Assembly: GCF_009914755.1 (NCBI RefSeq)
Contig: NC_060945.1
DNA: 64,000 bases
DNA from: the human T2T-CHM13v2.0 reference genome, Homo sapiens
Direction: 5' to 3' (one strand)
In this document: positions 40,600 to 53,612 of the stretch, in pieces
How the letters are laid out: every line of letters begins with the position of its first letter
Position numbering within the stretch: the stretch's first letter is position 1
Notes under the pieces: generated by a model
Told to the model about the DNA's origin: nothing
Seen by the model: the letters and a program-made list of their open reading frames with translations, nothing else
The model's database searches: none
Position numbers and translations under genes: made by a program

Positions 40600-42520
40600 C
40601 CTGACTGCCAAATCTGGCAGAAACCGTTGCATCTTTCAGTTGCTCTCTTTGATTTGTGACACGCTTCCAATTGCTTCAGCAGTGATTGCTTCAGTTACGC
40701 CTCATTCCCTGGATTTCCCACCTCTTGGCTGACTCTCCTCCTGGGCCGGCTGTGTTGGCCCTTCTGCCCCTGCCCATGCTCGCACTGGGTTTCTTGGCAC
40801 ACACACCCTATGCAGTCTCATCCATGCTTGGAACATATGCCCAGTTGCTGGAGCCAGGAATGTGGGCACCATGGTGGGCTCCTCCCTCACTTCCAGTATT
40901 GGGTCTATCCCCAAGTCCTGTCCGTCCGACCTCCTCAGTGTTTCTCTGGTAACGTAACCGCTTAACTGCTCTCCCAGCCTCCAGGTTTCCTCCTTTAATC
41001 CACTCTCACATTACAGCTAAAGCGATTTTTCTAAACAGCAAAAGGGATCATGCCACTCCCTTGCATAGGGTTTAATGGCTCTCCATTGCCTAGGTGAGAG
41101 TTCAAACCACAACGCACAAGTGCCTGAGGACTTGGCCCAGCCTCTCCCATCTTTCCCCCACCTCCACTCTGACATGCAGGCCTCTAAACTAGTCTTGCTC
41201 TGTCTCTTGCCTCTGGGCTTCTGGGCTTCAAGTGTGTTGTCCCTTCTGCCTGAGCTATTGACCCCACCACTACCACCCTGTTTTAACGGGATAATTTCAT
41301 CTTGATTGGTGTTTCTTCCTCCAGGATTCCACCACCTCCCCACCCCACCTGACTGGCATCTTCTCAGCTGTATCTAGGGTTGGTGCTCCCTCCTCTGTGC
41401 TCCCATAACACCTGGTGCAGGTTTTGTTGACACCACTTGTGTAGGTGATGTTGGATTTGCCAGCCAGCACCCTCTCATCCGCCCTGCAGGTTTCTTGTTT
41501 GCCTCTGCCTGCCCAATGCCTGACTTTCAGTCTAAATTCCTTACCTCTTTCAGCTTCTGGTGGCTGCCAGCATTTCTGAGCTTGTGGCTGTATCACTCCA
41601 ATCTCTGCCTGTGTGTTCACATGGCCTTCTTCTGTCTGTCAAATCTCCCTCTACTTCTTAGTGTTAGCCGTACACTGAAGCACCCCAAACAGGATCTCTC
41701 ACACCATAGACACATATGTTCTTTTATACAAAATGCACATTGTTTATGCAGCCACCTCATTAGACACCCTGCGGACAACCCACAGCTGTGCACACAGCAA
41801 GCTCACAGCTGGACTTCCTATCGACATTCTATCTGCCCTTGAACCATTTTTTCCATCCTTGACTGTGTCCTACTTAATTAAAGATGCTGCTGTCTGCCTT
41901 GCTACCCAAGCCAGAAACTTGACGGTTATTTCTCAATGTCTGCATTCAACTGTCACTAAGTCCTATCAATCTACCTCTTAAATGCCACTTAAACCTGTCC
42001 TTACCAGCCTTATTTCAGCTGTTTCTGGCCTGCAGCAGCTCTGTCCAATCTGTAGCCATTGCAACCAAGTTCCTGCCTCAGTTTTGCTTCCTTCCCTTCC
42101 CAGCCTAGTGCGTTTTCAATCAAATTTATCTTTCCAAATGCAACTCGGGTTAACTTGCATTGGTGCTGTATACCCACCCACCCTCCCATGTGGCTTGCAG
42201 ATGCCTGCGGCCTCATAGCTGGGCATGGCCTGTCCAGTGCTGCCAAGGTGGCTTTGCTTTCTGCTTGCCTCGCCTTTGCCAACCCCTCTAGCCATGTAGT
42301 CTGGCACAGGCACTTCCTGGGATGGCCTTTTCCTATTCAATCTGCAGGCAAATCCAATTTCAAGTGTCAGACCGAGGCTGCCTCCCTCTGCGCTTCAGTG
42401 ATTCCACTATACCATCTATTTCACCTATTCCCGTCTGCTCAAAGGCCGGTTTCTCCACTAGTTTGCATGCCCCTTGGCACAGAGACCATGTCTGTTAACT
42501 TGTGTATGCCCGGAGCTTTG
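40600..42520. mobile_element. Degenerate L2 fragments (with a short MLT1 piece at ~41545-41660)
   Basis: Pyrimidine-rich L2-like motifs such as GGATCATGCCACTCCCTTGC...AATGGCTCTCCATTGCC and TCACTAAGTCCTATCAATCTACCTCTTAAAT. Confidence 0.55.
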
Positions 42521-42842
42521 GACCTGTTGCTAGGGCTGTGTCCTGGGCCATCTGTTCCCGATGGCTAGAGTTTTCTCTCTGAAACTGTTACAGTGGTAGC
42601 CGATTCTCCAGTGTTCATGCTGTTAAGTTGGTTTGCATTTCTTATAACAAAAAAAAACACAGCCCTTTTATAATTTGGGGGAGGGAAGTCTCTATGGGGT
42701 TTAACATATCTGCTTCTTCATATTTGGAAGTGGGAAGTTTTAATCAGCTGTGATTCTCTTAACCATCATTTCATTGGAATGGGTACCTGGCTGTCCAGAT
42801 TTGCCCAATCTATGGGTTGGGTGGTTATCTCTTTAAAAAATT

Positions 42843-43505
42843 CATTAGTTTCCTGTGGCTGCTGTAATAGCTTTCTACAAACTTGGTGGGTTAAAACAAT
42901 AGAAACTTACTCTTTTACAGTTCTGGAGGCCAGAAGTCCGAAATTGGTCTTATGGGATGGAAATTCAGGTGTGAGCAAGGCCACACTTCCCTTGGAGGAT
43001 ATAGAGAAAGTGCCTTGCTTTCAGCCTCTGGTGGCTGCCAGCATTCCTGGGCTTGTGGCTGCATCACTCTGATCTCTGCTTCTGTGTTCACATGACCTCT
43101 TTTCTGTCTGTCAAATCTCCCTCTACCTGTTTCTTTCTTTGTTTTGTTTTGTTTTGTTTTTGTTTTAGACACCTGGTCTTGCTCTGTTGCCTAGGCTGGA
43201 GTATAGTGGTGCACTTATAGTTCATGTAACCTTGAACTTCTGGGCTCAAGTGATCCTCCAGCCTCAGCCTCCCAAGTAGCTAGGCCTATGGGTGTGCACC
43301 ACCACACCTGGCCTTCTCTGCCTCTTTCATAAAGGGACACTTGGGAAGGCATTTAGGGCCTACCAGGAGAATCCAGCATGATCTCCCCATCTCAAGATCT
43401 TTTCATTTAATTACATCTGCAAGACCCTTTTTTCATATAAGGTAACATTGGAGGTTTCAGAGATCAGGACTTGATATCTTTAAGGGTCATTAGTCAGCCT
43501 ACTGC
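42843..43505 (-). mobile_element. MLT1 (B/C-like) MaLR LTR interrupted by an Alu monomer at ~43130-43313
   Basis: ATTAGTTTCCTGTGGCTGCTGTAA...TTCTGGAGGCCAGAAGTCC...ATTAGTCAGCCTACTGCA; the inserted piece has a (TTTTG)n tail. Confidence 0.8.
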
Positions 43506-45706
43506 AGATAAGAACAGTATTCCTGTGTAGCGGCATGGGAAGGCCTTTGAAAAGTATGTGAAACAGAAAAAGAAAAAAGAGAAGAGAATGGGAAGTGGGG
43601 AAAGTGAGGAAGGTAGTAACACTTTGGGTTGCTGTGTAAATGGTTTCCAACAACCACCTTCACAGTGAATATCACTCCGTGTGCTCAGAACTGGAGTGCC
43701 CCGGGCCATAGTGCCTCTTCAGCATGGTTGAAGTTGGGTGGGATTAAGTGTTGATCACACTGGGTTCTCATAATTGAGAAGCCCTATCTGTAAACATTAT
43801 CATAAACAAAAAGTGGTACTAAGCTTAAGGACCTCCCAGCCAGAAGCATTAGTGCTGGTTTTCTCCAAAGGCCGTAATTGCCTCTTCCTCTCTCTTCTCG
43901 CCACCCCATCCTTGTTCTTGAAGAGCAGATGCCTGGAGGATATCCTTCCAGTTCAGCATACAAACGCCACCAATAATACTTGGATGGCATTAGATCCACA
44001 CCAGTTTCTAAGAAACCCTTTTGTCTTAAGATTGGGAGAGGACTGTGTGTGTGTGTGTGTAATAACAGTAGTAATTCTATTTGATTATAAACTTTGTATG
44101 AATTAAGAAAATTCTTATGTGCTATTCCTTAAGTTGCTATCATGAAAGGTAAGGAAGACCGTTGCATTCAGATCTGCACCATGGGCATCCTTTGGTTAAA
44201 AAAAAGATGGATTCCACATCCCCAAAGCTGTGAAGTGGGGTGAAGAGTGACTGCTTCTGTTGTTACAATTATCTGCTACATGTCCTCAACTGTGATCCCA
44301 TCTGCACCGTGATCCTGCTTTTTAGGAATAATTCCCATTTTACACACCAGGAAAGGGGGCTACCCCTTTCTACCCTCAAGGACTGTAAAGGTGACTACCA
44401 GATGATCTCTAACCTCAAGGAAATGGCACCAGCTCTGTCTCCTGGAAATAGACACAAACTATTGATACAAGTGGGAAATGCTTGGAGACATGTATGCTCT
44501 CAAGGTTATGAGGCACAGAGGAGGGGAGACTCTTCTGCCTCTGCCAGGGACCCAGATGCAGCTGGCCTGAGCCTGGAGATGGTGGTGCCAGGCCTTGGTC
44601 CTCTCAGTGCATCGAGCTCCCTGGGCCGGGGCCTGACGAGGACGAGTGCTGAAGTCCATCAGTTACCCCCTTCCATGCAGTGGCCACAAAAAAAGCGGGG
44701 GCAGCTTTGCCCCAGACAGAGGCTTTGCTGATTCCTGGACAGGCCTGAGGGGGCCGACAGTGGCTGCTCTGGGTTCACAGCCTGGGACATCAGACTGTGG
44801 GCGAGAATGGTGAACTCACCAGAAGGCATTCGTCTACGTGGCCTTTTCCAAACGGAAGCACGGATGGTGCATCTGCAAGGCGAATGGTGGTGTTTCTTTC
44901 CCACGATGTTCTGAGCAGCCAAGGCCGTTTGTTCAGTTTGGATATCAAGCTTCACGAGCCCCTGCACACATAATGCATCAGTGGTGAAAAGTACTCACTA
45001 AATTATCCGATCCAAAAGCTATTAAAAAACAACAACAACGCATAGCTGGTTTTTGTTTGTTTTTGCTTTTAAATCTTGGAGATTTTAGAGCTTTACTCCT
45101 TTTGTTAAGAGTCAGCCTTGTTGACTCATGAATCACCTGATTGAGAAAGACGTGAATGTGCGTTTAGATTTGATTTAAAAAGCGTTTGCTGTACTTTTTT
45201 ATTTCCAAAATCTATTTTTTTATATTTGGCATGCTTATATTATAACTTTGATACATTTAAATATCTTAATAAATATATACCCTCAAATTTGAATTAAAAC
45301 ATCCACTTTAGAACTAGATTTAATAAAACATTATAGAACTTATACTTGAAGTTTGCTTATAAAGCACTCTCACAAAAACTGGGTCAAATGATTTAATCTG
45401 TTTTCTCCATTATAGAGCAGCCTTTCTCCCCGTCCCCCAACCCCTCCTTTTAAATGTGACTCAATTGATTTGGTACACTGTCTGCTTCTCTGATATCTGT
45501 GAAATTACTATGTCTAAAAATAGAAACTCAGTTCTCTTTATGCTTTCTTTCTGAGGTAGGCCAATTGTTAATATTGCAGCACTTTAAAAATTGTTAGCTG
45601 GTGAAGACCAATGATCAAGAACCACAGTGATGTCATCTGAGGTTTTACGAAGTTTGCATATTTAATTTGTTTTACATATTGTTGACTATAATAACTCTAG
45701 AATTTT

Positions 45707-46016
45707 CTTTCCTTTTTTTTTTTTTTTTTTTTTCCAGACAGGGTCTTACTCTGTCACCCAGGCTGGAGGGCAGTGGTGCGAACATGGCTCACTGCAGCCT
45801 CCAACTCCTGGGTCAAGCAATCCTCCTGCCTCAGTCCCCCAAGTAGCTGGGACCACAGGCGTGCACCACCATGCCTGGCTAATTTTTGTATTTTTTGTAG
45901 AGACAGGGTTTTGTCATGTTACCCAGGCTGTTCTTGAATTCCTGAGCTCAAGTGATCCTCCTGCCTCGGCCTCCCAAAGTGCCGGGATTACAGGCATCGG
46001 CAACCGTGCTCAGCCT
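45707..46016 (-). mobile_element. Alu (AluJ-like)
   Basis: Poly-T plus reverse-complement Alu body. Confidence 0.92.
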
Positions 46017-49000
46017 AAGTCTGGAATTTTAAATGACTCTTGGAAATATTCCCCCAAATTGTGCTTTATAAAAATCAACTAAATTTGAAAAATGAGATGA
46101 CTAGGGCACGTGATAAGGGTGGTAAGGGGGAAAAATGTCTGAACATCCCTATGAAATCTGACTTCCTTTTTAACTTTAGTTCTGTCCTTGCAATCAGTGG
46201 ACTGGAGTGATTATTTGATTTCATTACGGTGGCATGGTTATCAAGGTAGTATTGTTACTAGACCATATTATCAGCAATGTAATACTTATTCTAAAATTAA
46301 GCCCTGTGTTCTTTCTCCTGGGCTTGAAGTTAGTTCATCAGAATTCTCTGTTAAAACTGAAATCCCCATTTCTGCATTCACTGTCTTTTACTGGCCAGCA
46401 CAGTGACTGGCCTATCCTCGATTCAGGTACGAAAACCAACAACCAAAGAAACAACCAGGTAGGCGGCCACCATGACAATAAAGCTACAGTAAAAAAACAC
46501 CAATTGTTTTATCAGGTGTAAGCTACCCTTCAGAATAACATTGCTCAGAGGTTTTGAATAGGACCAGATATGTGCAAAAATGTCAAAAGACCATAAACAC
46601 GCAAAAATTACGTCAAATATATTATAAAAGACAAAATATCACAGAGCAAAGTTGAACTACTGCAAAGAACTTTGAAACTGAAATGCCTTCAGGCCCGAGA
46701 ATCGACGTTAATTGTATTGGAAGTGAAGAAGCTTCAGTTGACGCACGTCACAGGATCTGAACGGGAGGTTTCCAGTGTCGTCCCCACTGTGGAACTGCGA
46801 TGTGTTGTCACTGTAGCCCCTTGGAGCACAGGCCCAGCAGCACGTGACTGAAGGCAATCAGCAATACTGAGACGAATCGCTACTCCGAGGCTTCACTGAG
46901 TTAACCCCAATGATACTCGCTCAGTTAACAACCTCAAAATCATTTTTGGTCATGGAAATCATTACTGAATTATAGTGAGGATCCAAAACTTGACCATAGA
47001 GTTATAATAATGGAGGGGGGATGGAGATTCTTTGATAATCAGGAAATTCTAAATTATCTTTCAGAGTTTTCTAATATGTTGATGACTCAGAAGATTTTAC
47101 ATGCAAAAACTAGAACTCTGTGGAAGGATTTTACAGTGCAGAAGACAGACCTTACCGTTGCCCTTCTCTGATCCTCCAGTTGGGCAAGGCAGTTACCACT
47201 AGGCAATACTAGAAGGCAGTAACACCCTAGGAGTGTAGCATTGTCCTATCTCCAGGGCAGGTGGGCTGGAGAATTGCAGCCCATCCTTCTAGGCCACGGG
47301 CAAGTGTTACTGCCTTGTAGTTCCCTCTCTGATCCCTTCAACTGGAGCAGCACCCACCAACACCTGGGGACCCGGGACACACCTCTCTTAAAGCACTGGG
47401 CTGGAATGTTGGCTTATGAGCTGTCTCTACTTGTAGACCATGAGCTCCTACGCAGGTGTGCACCTGGCCCCGGGTGAGGGCTCCTGTGGTATTTGCGGGC
47501 GGAATGGGATTTGCTTTTGGGGAGAGCAGCAGAGACTTTCTGTGCTTCTCTCTGGGTCATCTCCCTCCCCGTCAGGGCAGTCATGATACTGACATGGCTA
47601 GCCTCCTGCCCTTAGGTAGGCTGTGTGACCAGTGGTGGCTGCTGGATTCTGAGAAGTGACATTGGTCAGCTCCTGATTGTTCATCACGTGATACCTGTGT
47701 TTGATGAACATTCACTGAGCACGTGCCAAGTGGCGGCTGCATGCTATGCTGGCTGGCAGGGTGTAGAGACGCATGGGGCTCAGGCCCCAACCCGAGGGAG
47801 CACATCAGCCCAGGGGTGTGCAAACACTTTAAACACAGTGTGCTGTGTCCCCTTCAAGGCCTATGTGTCCCTGTCTCCATCTCACCTCCCGACTGCCAGT
47901 CAGTCTTCTGGAGTCTCCACGACTTGTCAGGGTCACCAGTAGCCTCTGTGTGACCAAATCCCGGAGTCATGTATTTGTCTTCACTCATTCAATCATTCAT
48001 GGTGCTGCACTCCCGACACACACTGTGTGCATGGTTCCATCCCTTAGGATACTTCAGTAAGCAGAACAGAAATTCCTGCCCTCATGGAGTCTCCGTGCTT
48101 GTGGACATCCACAGGTGTTGAGCCCAGAGCAGTCCCTCATTTACCTCCTGCAGGAAGCGCCTGCTCCGGGGGCACCCAGCCCCGGACCATCTCTGCTGTC
48201 CCTTTCACCACCTCTAGCTGCACTGTTCTCTGCCTTCCCTCCTGCCCAGGGGCCTTGTGTGGGCTCTTTTCTCCACCTGGGACATCCTTCCTCTTTGTTC
48301 TTCTTGTGTCTCCTTCTTTCATTCAGTTCTTCCCATCCTGATCCTGAATTTGACTCATTGTAGCTCTTACCAATATCTGCTGCGTTCTTGTGTCTTTGTT
48401 TACTGTCAGTTACCCCACCCAAATATCAGTTCCACGGTGTATTCCTGGCACCTAGGATAGGGCCTGGACATGGCAGGTGCTCAGTGAATACTTGAAAGAA
48501 TGGGCATCGGGAAGGGAGTTCTAGATAGAAGGCCTGGCATGGGGCTCAGAGGACACTCTGGACCTGAGGGTTTGGGGCCCAGCTAGAGCCCTGGTGTGAG
48601 GGCTGAGGATGGACAGGTGGGGGCCTCTGTGCACATGTGTCCAGGTATGGACTCCCCTTGGGTAACAAGAACACAGGGTGGGGTTTCAAAATCAGGAGAG
48701 ACATGTTCAGGTTTTGAGCCTTCCACAAGCCTTCTCCTTGTGGAAGTTCAAAGGAGAGGAAGAGATTAGAAGTGGGGTCGGAGGTGGGGGTCTTCTGCAA
48801 TGCTGGCAAGGAGGAATTAAACAGCCTGAACAAGACAGTGGTGATGGTATGGACACCAGCATCCAGGGCAGGCCTGTGGCTCATCGGATTTGAGAGGAGC
48901 CTGCGACAATGACGGTTTGAGGCTGGGGGACCAGGTATAACCAGAGCCCTACCCTCAGAGAGACGCTTCCTCACTCCCCACTTTCCTTCTTCATGCCCTG

Positions 49001-49084
49001 TGCCTGCCCCGGAGCTCTACGCAGAACCCTGCCCCCAGCCCCAACACGCCTGCCCATTGAACCCCTGCCACAGCTGCATTAATC

Positions 49085-49580
49085 AATCCTGGGTGTTTAT
49101 CCAAAAGAATTGCAATCAGGCTCTCCAGGAGATGTCTGCACTCCCACGTTCATTCACAACAGCTAAGATGTGGAGTCAGCCCCAATGTCCATCGACATGT
49201 GAACGAATGGAAAGCGTGGTGCGTACAGCCAGTGAAATACTATTCAGCCTTAACGAAGACAATTCCGCAATACACAACAACACGATGAGTGACACAGGCC
49301 AGTCACAGTGGGACAAATCCTGCAGGATTCCACTTATATGAGGTGGCTAAAGTAGTGGAACTCATAGAACCAAAGAGTGGGAAGGTGGCTGCTAGGAGCT
49401 CACGGAGGGGAAATGAGGGTTGCTGCTCAACAGGCATTAAGTTTTAATTAAGCCAAATGAATGAGCTCTAGAGCTCCGCTGCAGGACATCACACCCATAG
49501 TCGCGATGCTGCGGTGGACACTTAGCATTTTAGCAGGACAGATCTCATGTGTTCTTACCACAATAAAAATAAAATAAAAT
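49085..49580 (+). mobile_element. L1 3' end (L1MA/L1MB-like)
   Basis: TTCACAACAGCTAAGATGTGGAGTCAGCCCAATGTCCATC...GATTCCACTTATATGAGG...CACAATAAAAATAAAATAAAA. Confidence 0.8.
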
Positions 49581-50634
49581 TCTGGAATTAACATCACCAA
49601 ACAGGCACGATGGGATTTGATTATATTGCAACGTATGCTAAGAAGGGGTTATTCATCTGGTGACAGTGGCATACATCCTGCCACGGTCTCCTCTGGCAGC
49701 TGCCCAGAGCACACAGCAGTCCAGGAGATGCGCTTTGAATGCTGTACCCAGCACTTCATGGGAAATGTGACTTTTTAAAATGGAGGGTGAATACGCGAAG
49801 TCACAAGTGTCCCTGGAAATCAGGGATGTGTGGCTGTTCACATGTCACTACTGGGGAGCGTACTGTGTCTGGGGAGGGCCTTTGTTTGAGACAAGACGTG
49901 GACTGAGGACAAGAGAGCCAAGCCAAGTCCTGCAAAAGAGGAACAACAGGGCAGGGACCGGGTGACCAGGTGGCGATGGAACGTAGAGCCCGGACTTTGC
50001 TGGGCAGTGGGCAAAGGGCAGGAGTCAGGCTCTGGAAGCCTGGGATTCCGAGCTCCTCCAGGGTCTTTAGCCCCTGGGGTGAAGGGGACAGGGCACAGAG
50101 CCGTGCGAAGCCCCACACTGGCATTCACCTCAGGCTGATGACAGTGGCAGTGCGCAGGGGCGCTGCAGGAGGCCGGGGAAGGCGAGGTCACAACAGGCAC
50201 AATAGGGAGTCGTTGCCAGGCAACCTCTCTAGGCTTCTGTTGTGATTCTGCTTTAGTTGGGTCTGGGGGGGTCTCTCTGGAGAGTGGCTATAAATGCTAG
50301 CCTTTGTGCTGGGCAGCAAAGCAAATCATCGGGAATAACCCGGGAGCCTGGCAGGGAAACCGCTGCACTATGGAGAGGACGCTTCCAGATACAGAGGACA
50401 AATCAAGTGAAGGGACGGAACAGGTCACACCCAGAGCGGCACAGAGGTGTGTGAGCTGTTCCCACGGTAGTCAGAGCCTCTGTTCCAACTGTCCTCCCGC
50501 TGGGCTCTCTCCGGTCCCCAGTGCATGGGCTGGAGTGTGGCCCCTGGCAGAGCCCTGGAGGCCGGCTCTGCTTCCTGCCCCCTTCCAGCCTGGAGCAGCC
50601 CGAGGGCGCAGCATTCCTGGGGCAGGCCTGAGCC

Positions 50635-51074
50635 CTGTGGTGGGCTGAGTTGAGTCCCCAGAAAGGTAGATTGAAGCCCAAACTCTCTGTATGTTTGAAC
50701 GTGACCTTATTTGGAAAAAGAGTCTTTGCAGATGTGTTCAGGTTCAGATGAGGTCATCCTGGATTAGGGTGAGTCCTAAATCCAATGCTGTGACCTTATA
50801 ATTGGGGGATGCACAGGGAGAGGCCGCATGAAGATGCAGGCCAAGACTGGGGCACTGCTGCTCCAAGCCAAGGAGCACCAAGGACTGAAGACGCCCGCGG
50901 GGCGCTGGGCAAGGTGCAGAGGGATTCTTCCTGGGGGCTTCAGAGGAGGGTGGTCCTGCCCACACCTCACTTTTGGACTTCTACTCTCCGGAACTTTGAA
51001 AGAACACATTTCTGTGGTTTTCAGCCACCTGGTTTGTGGGAATTTGTTATGGCAGCCCCAGAAAACGAATACAG
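50635..51074 (+). mobile_element. MLT1 (B/C-like) MaLR LTR
   Basis: TGTGGTGGGCTGAGTTGAGTCCCC...GTGACCTTATTTGGAAA...TTTGTTATGGCAGCCCCAGAAAACGAATACA. Confidence 0.82.
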
Positions 51075-51107
51075 GCAACATCACTTAGTGCTTAAGAAAG
51101 AGCCTGT

Positions 51108-51397
51108 GCCCGGGCGCGGAGGCTCACGCCTAGAATCCCAGCACTTTAGAGGCTGAGGCAGGAGGATCGCTTGAGCCCAGGAATTTGAGACCAGCCTGGG
51201 CAACAAAGTAAGATCCTGTCTCTACAAAAAATAAAAAAAATTAGCTGGGCGTGGTGATGCGCGCCTGTGTTTCCAGCTACATGAGAGGCAGAGGCGGGAG
51301 GATCGCTTGAGCCCAGGAAGTCAAGGCTGCAGTGAACCATGTTGGCACCACTGCACTCCAGCTTGGGTGACAGAGTGAGACCCTGAAAAAAAAAAAA
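51108..51397 (+). mobile_element. Alu (AluJ-like)
   Basis: AluJ-type GGAGGATCGCTTGAGCCCAGGA in both arms, with an A-tail. Confidence 0.92.
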
Positions 51398-51795
51398 GTC
51401 TGTGGGCCCACGTCTCACATCCTGACCCCGCCGGCGATCAACTGTGTGACCTTGAGTGAGTTACTTAAACTCTCTGTGCCTCGGTCTCCCCATGGGTTGT
51501 GGAAGGGTTGAGTTGATGAGTGTAAAGTATGCAGACAACAGCCAGGTGCCCAGCATGATGTAAACACCGCAAGAGCACTGGCTGTTGTGAAAGGTGCCGT
51601 GTTTAAGAATTGGAGTTTCCCAACGGGTTCAGTATTAGTACCTGTTCTTTAGGGCACAGACTTGTTCTGTGCCATTTTACCTGTATCCATTTCAACCAGA
51701 CTTACATCTTTTCGAAGGAAGGCCTGAGAAAATCTCAATTCTCAACTGGAGTGATGATTCAAACCCCTTGTTTCCCTTCCTTTTCTTTGGGGTCT

Positions 51796-52248
51796 CTGTT
51801 AGTTTCCTGTGGCCAATGTAATTAATTACCACAAGCAGGGAGCTTAAACATCAGAATGCATCTTTCACAATCTGGAGACCAGAAATCCAGGTGCAGGATT
51901 TTACAGGGCCATGCTGCCTCTGAAGGCACCAGGGTAGGGTCCCTCCTCGCCTCTCCCAGTTTGCTGGCATGCCGGCAAGGCTCGGCACTCCTTGGCAGGC
52001 ACCAGCCGTGCTCCAATCACTGCCTGTCTTTGCATGGTCATCTTCTTGTGTTTCTCTGTATCTCTCCTCGTATAAGGTCCTTGGTCATTGGATTCAGGAC
52101 CCACCTTACTCCAGCATGACTTCATCATCACTTAATTACATCTGCAAGAACCCTGTTTCCAAATAAGGTGACATTCTTAGGTACTGGGGGTGAGTATGTA
52201 TCTTTTCTTCAACATATCTTTTTGGTGGAATGCAATTCAACCCAGAAC
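51796..52248 (-). mobile_element. MLT1 (C-like) MaLR LTR
   Basis: TGTTAGTTTCCTGTGGCC...TTCCAAATAAGGTGACATTC...AATTCAACCCAGAACA. Confidence 0.8.
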
Positions 52249-52540
52249 ACCACCTCTCACGAAAACGGCTAAAAACGGCTGGGGAGGCATTTTCAAGAAC
52301 TTTCACTAACAAATTTTAAAGAATAGATTTCACTGTAAGCCTTGGGCAGCCACTGAAGAGTGTGTTGGAATAGCTGCTGAGTGTCGGCCACTACTGGGTG
52401 ACGTTTCCTTAATGGCTGGAAGAGTGAAGGAATTAGGGCCGAGCGTGTATGCACAAAAACTTCTTCTGTTTTGACTGTATGGGCTTCTTCCTTTCATTTG
52501 TTCATTTAGCAAACATGTATTGCCTTCTTTTGTCTTCTAG

Positions 52541-53175
52541 GATCTATGAAAGATAAAATGTGGTGTGAGGACACGGCCCAGCCCCACCGTCGTCTTCCAG
52601 CCCCACCATCGTCTTCCAGCCCCACCGTCGTCTTCCAGCCCCACCGTCGTCTTCTAGCCCCACCATCGTCGTCTTGGACTCTCTGGGTGGCACCACGCTG
52701 TGGGTGCTGCTCTCCTCTGTGTCCCAAACGAGTTTGTGCCTCACTTTGTCGGGTTTTGGCTGTGACTTGGAGCCTCACCAAGCTCCCTTTTCCTCTGTCT
52801 CCCATTCTCCTCTCCAGGCCAGGGTGGCTTCCCCAGCCCTCCTCCCCGGGTCCTGCCTGTGCCGAGCCTTCCTCCCAGGAGGGAGGTGATACTGACTTGA
52901 GATCTTATGGGTGTTTTGTTTGTGGCTGGGCCTGGCCGACCCTCTCTCCACGGCCTTAGATCACACTCTGGATGGATAGGACAGTCGTCCTCAATACTGA
53001 GCCTCTTTGGAGCATACCCACTGATGGTGGTTCACAAGCTACCCACGCCCACAGGCTGACCCAGATCTCCGTGAAATTAAAAAATACTGTGAAAGGAAAA
53101 AGAGCCAATGTCATGTGGATAATGAAGTGTCAGCCACTGAAAAATCTCAAAATAATAAACATGGCTTGTTTGTCA
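52541..53175 (+). ncRNA. ZNF295-AS1: Probable terminal exon of lncRNA ZNF295-AS1 (C21orf121), containing a 137-codon ORF at 52546-52959; 3' end uncertain
   Basis: Strong acceptor TGCCTTCTTTTGTCTTCTAG| ending at 52540; candidate polyA signals ATTAAA (53076-53081) and AATAAA (53154-53159). The name rests on my recollection that this antisense gene lies here and has a putative 137-aa product. Confidence 0.6.
52578..52675 (+). repeat. Minisatellite, 5 x 19 bp (CCAGCCCCACCRTCGTCTT)
   Basis: Units start at 52578, 52597, 52616, 52635 and 52654. Confidence 0.95.
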
Positions 53176-53198
53176 GGGTTCTCTAGAGAAACAGCAGC

Positions 53199-53239
<41 letters not shown>

Positions 53240-53612
53240 CGCAGAGAGAAAGAAGGAGGGAGGAAGACATAAGGAATCAGCTCATGCAATTGTGCAGCCT
53301 GGCATGTCCACAGTCTGTAGGATGGGCCGGCACGCTGGAGACCCAGGAAAGAGCTGCAGTTTGAATAGGAAGGCCATGGGCGGGAGAGTTCCTTCCTGTT
53401 CAGGGGACCTCAGTCTTTCTCTAGAAGACCTTTGGCTGACCGGATGAGGCTCATCCACGCTATGGACACAAATCAGCTTTACTCAAAGTCTACTGATTTA
53501 AACGTTAATCTCATCTACAAAAAGTACCTTCACAAAAACATCTAGAACAACGTTTGACCAAATATCTGGGTACTGTGGCTTAGCCAGGTTGATACATCAA
53601 ATTAACCGTCAC
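53165..53612 (-). mobile_element. MLT2-like (ERVL) LTR with internal (GT)n microsatellite at ~53202-53236
   Basis: GTCAGGGTTCTCTAGAGAAACAG-(GT)n...CAAAGTCTACTGATTTAAACGTTAATCTCATC...TTGATACATCAAATTAACCGTCAC. Confidence 0.8.

Noticed and set aside
52578-52675. Short direct repeats considered as a CRISPR-like array
   Set aside because: Head-to-tail units without spacers in human DNA; this is a minisatellite.
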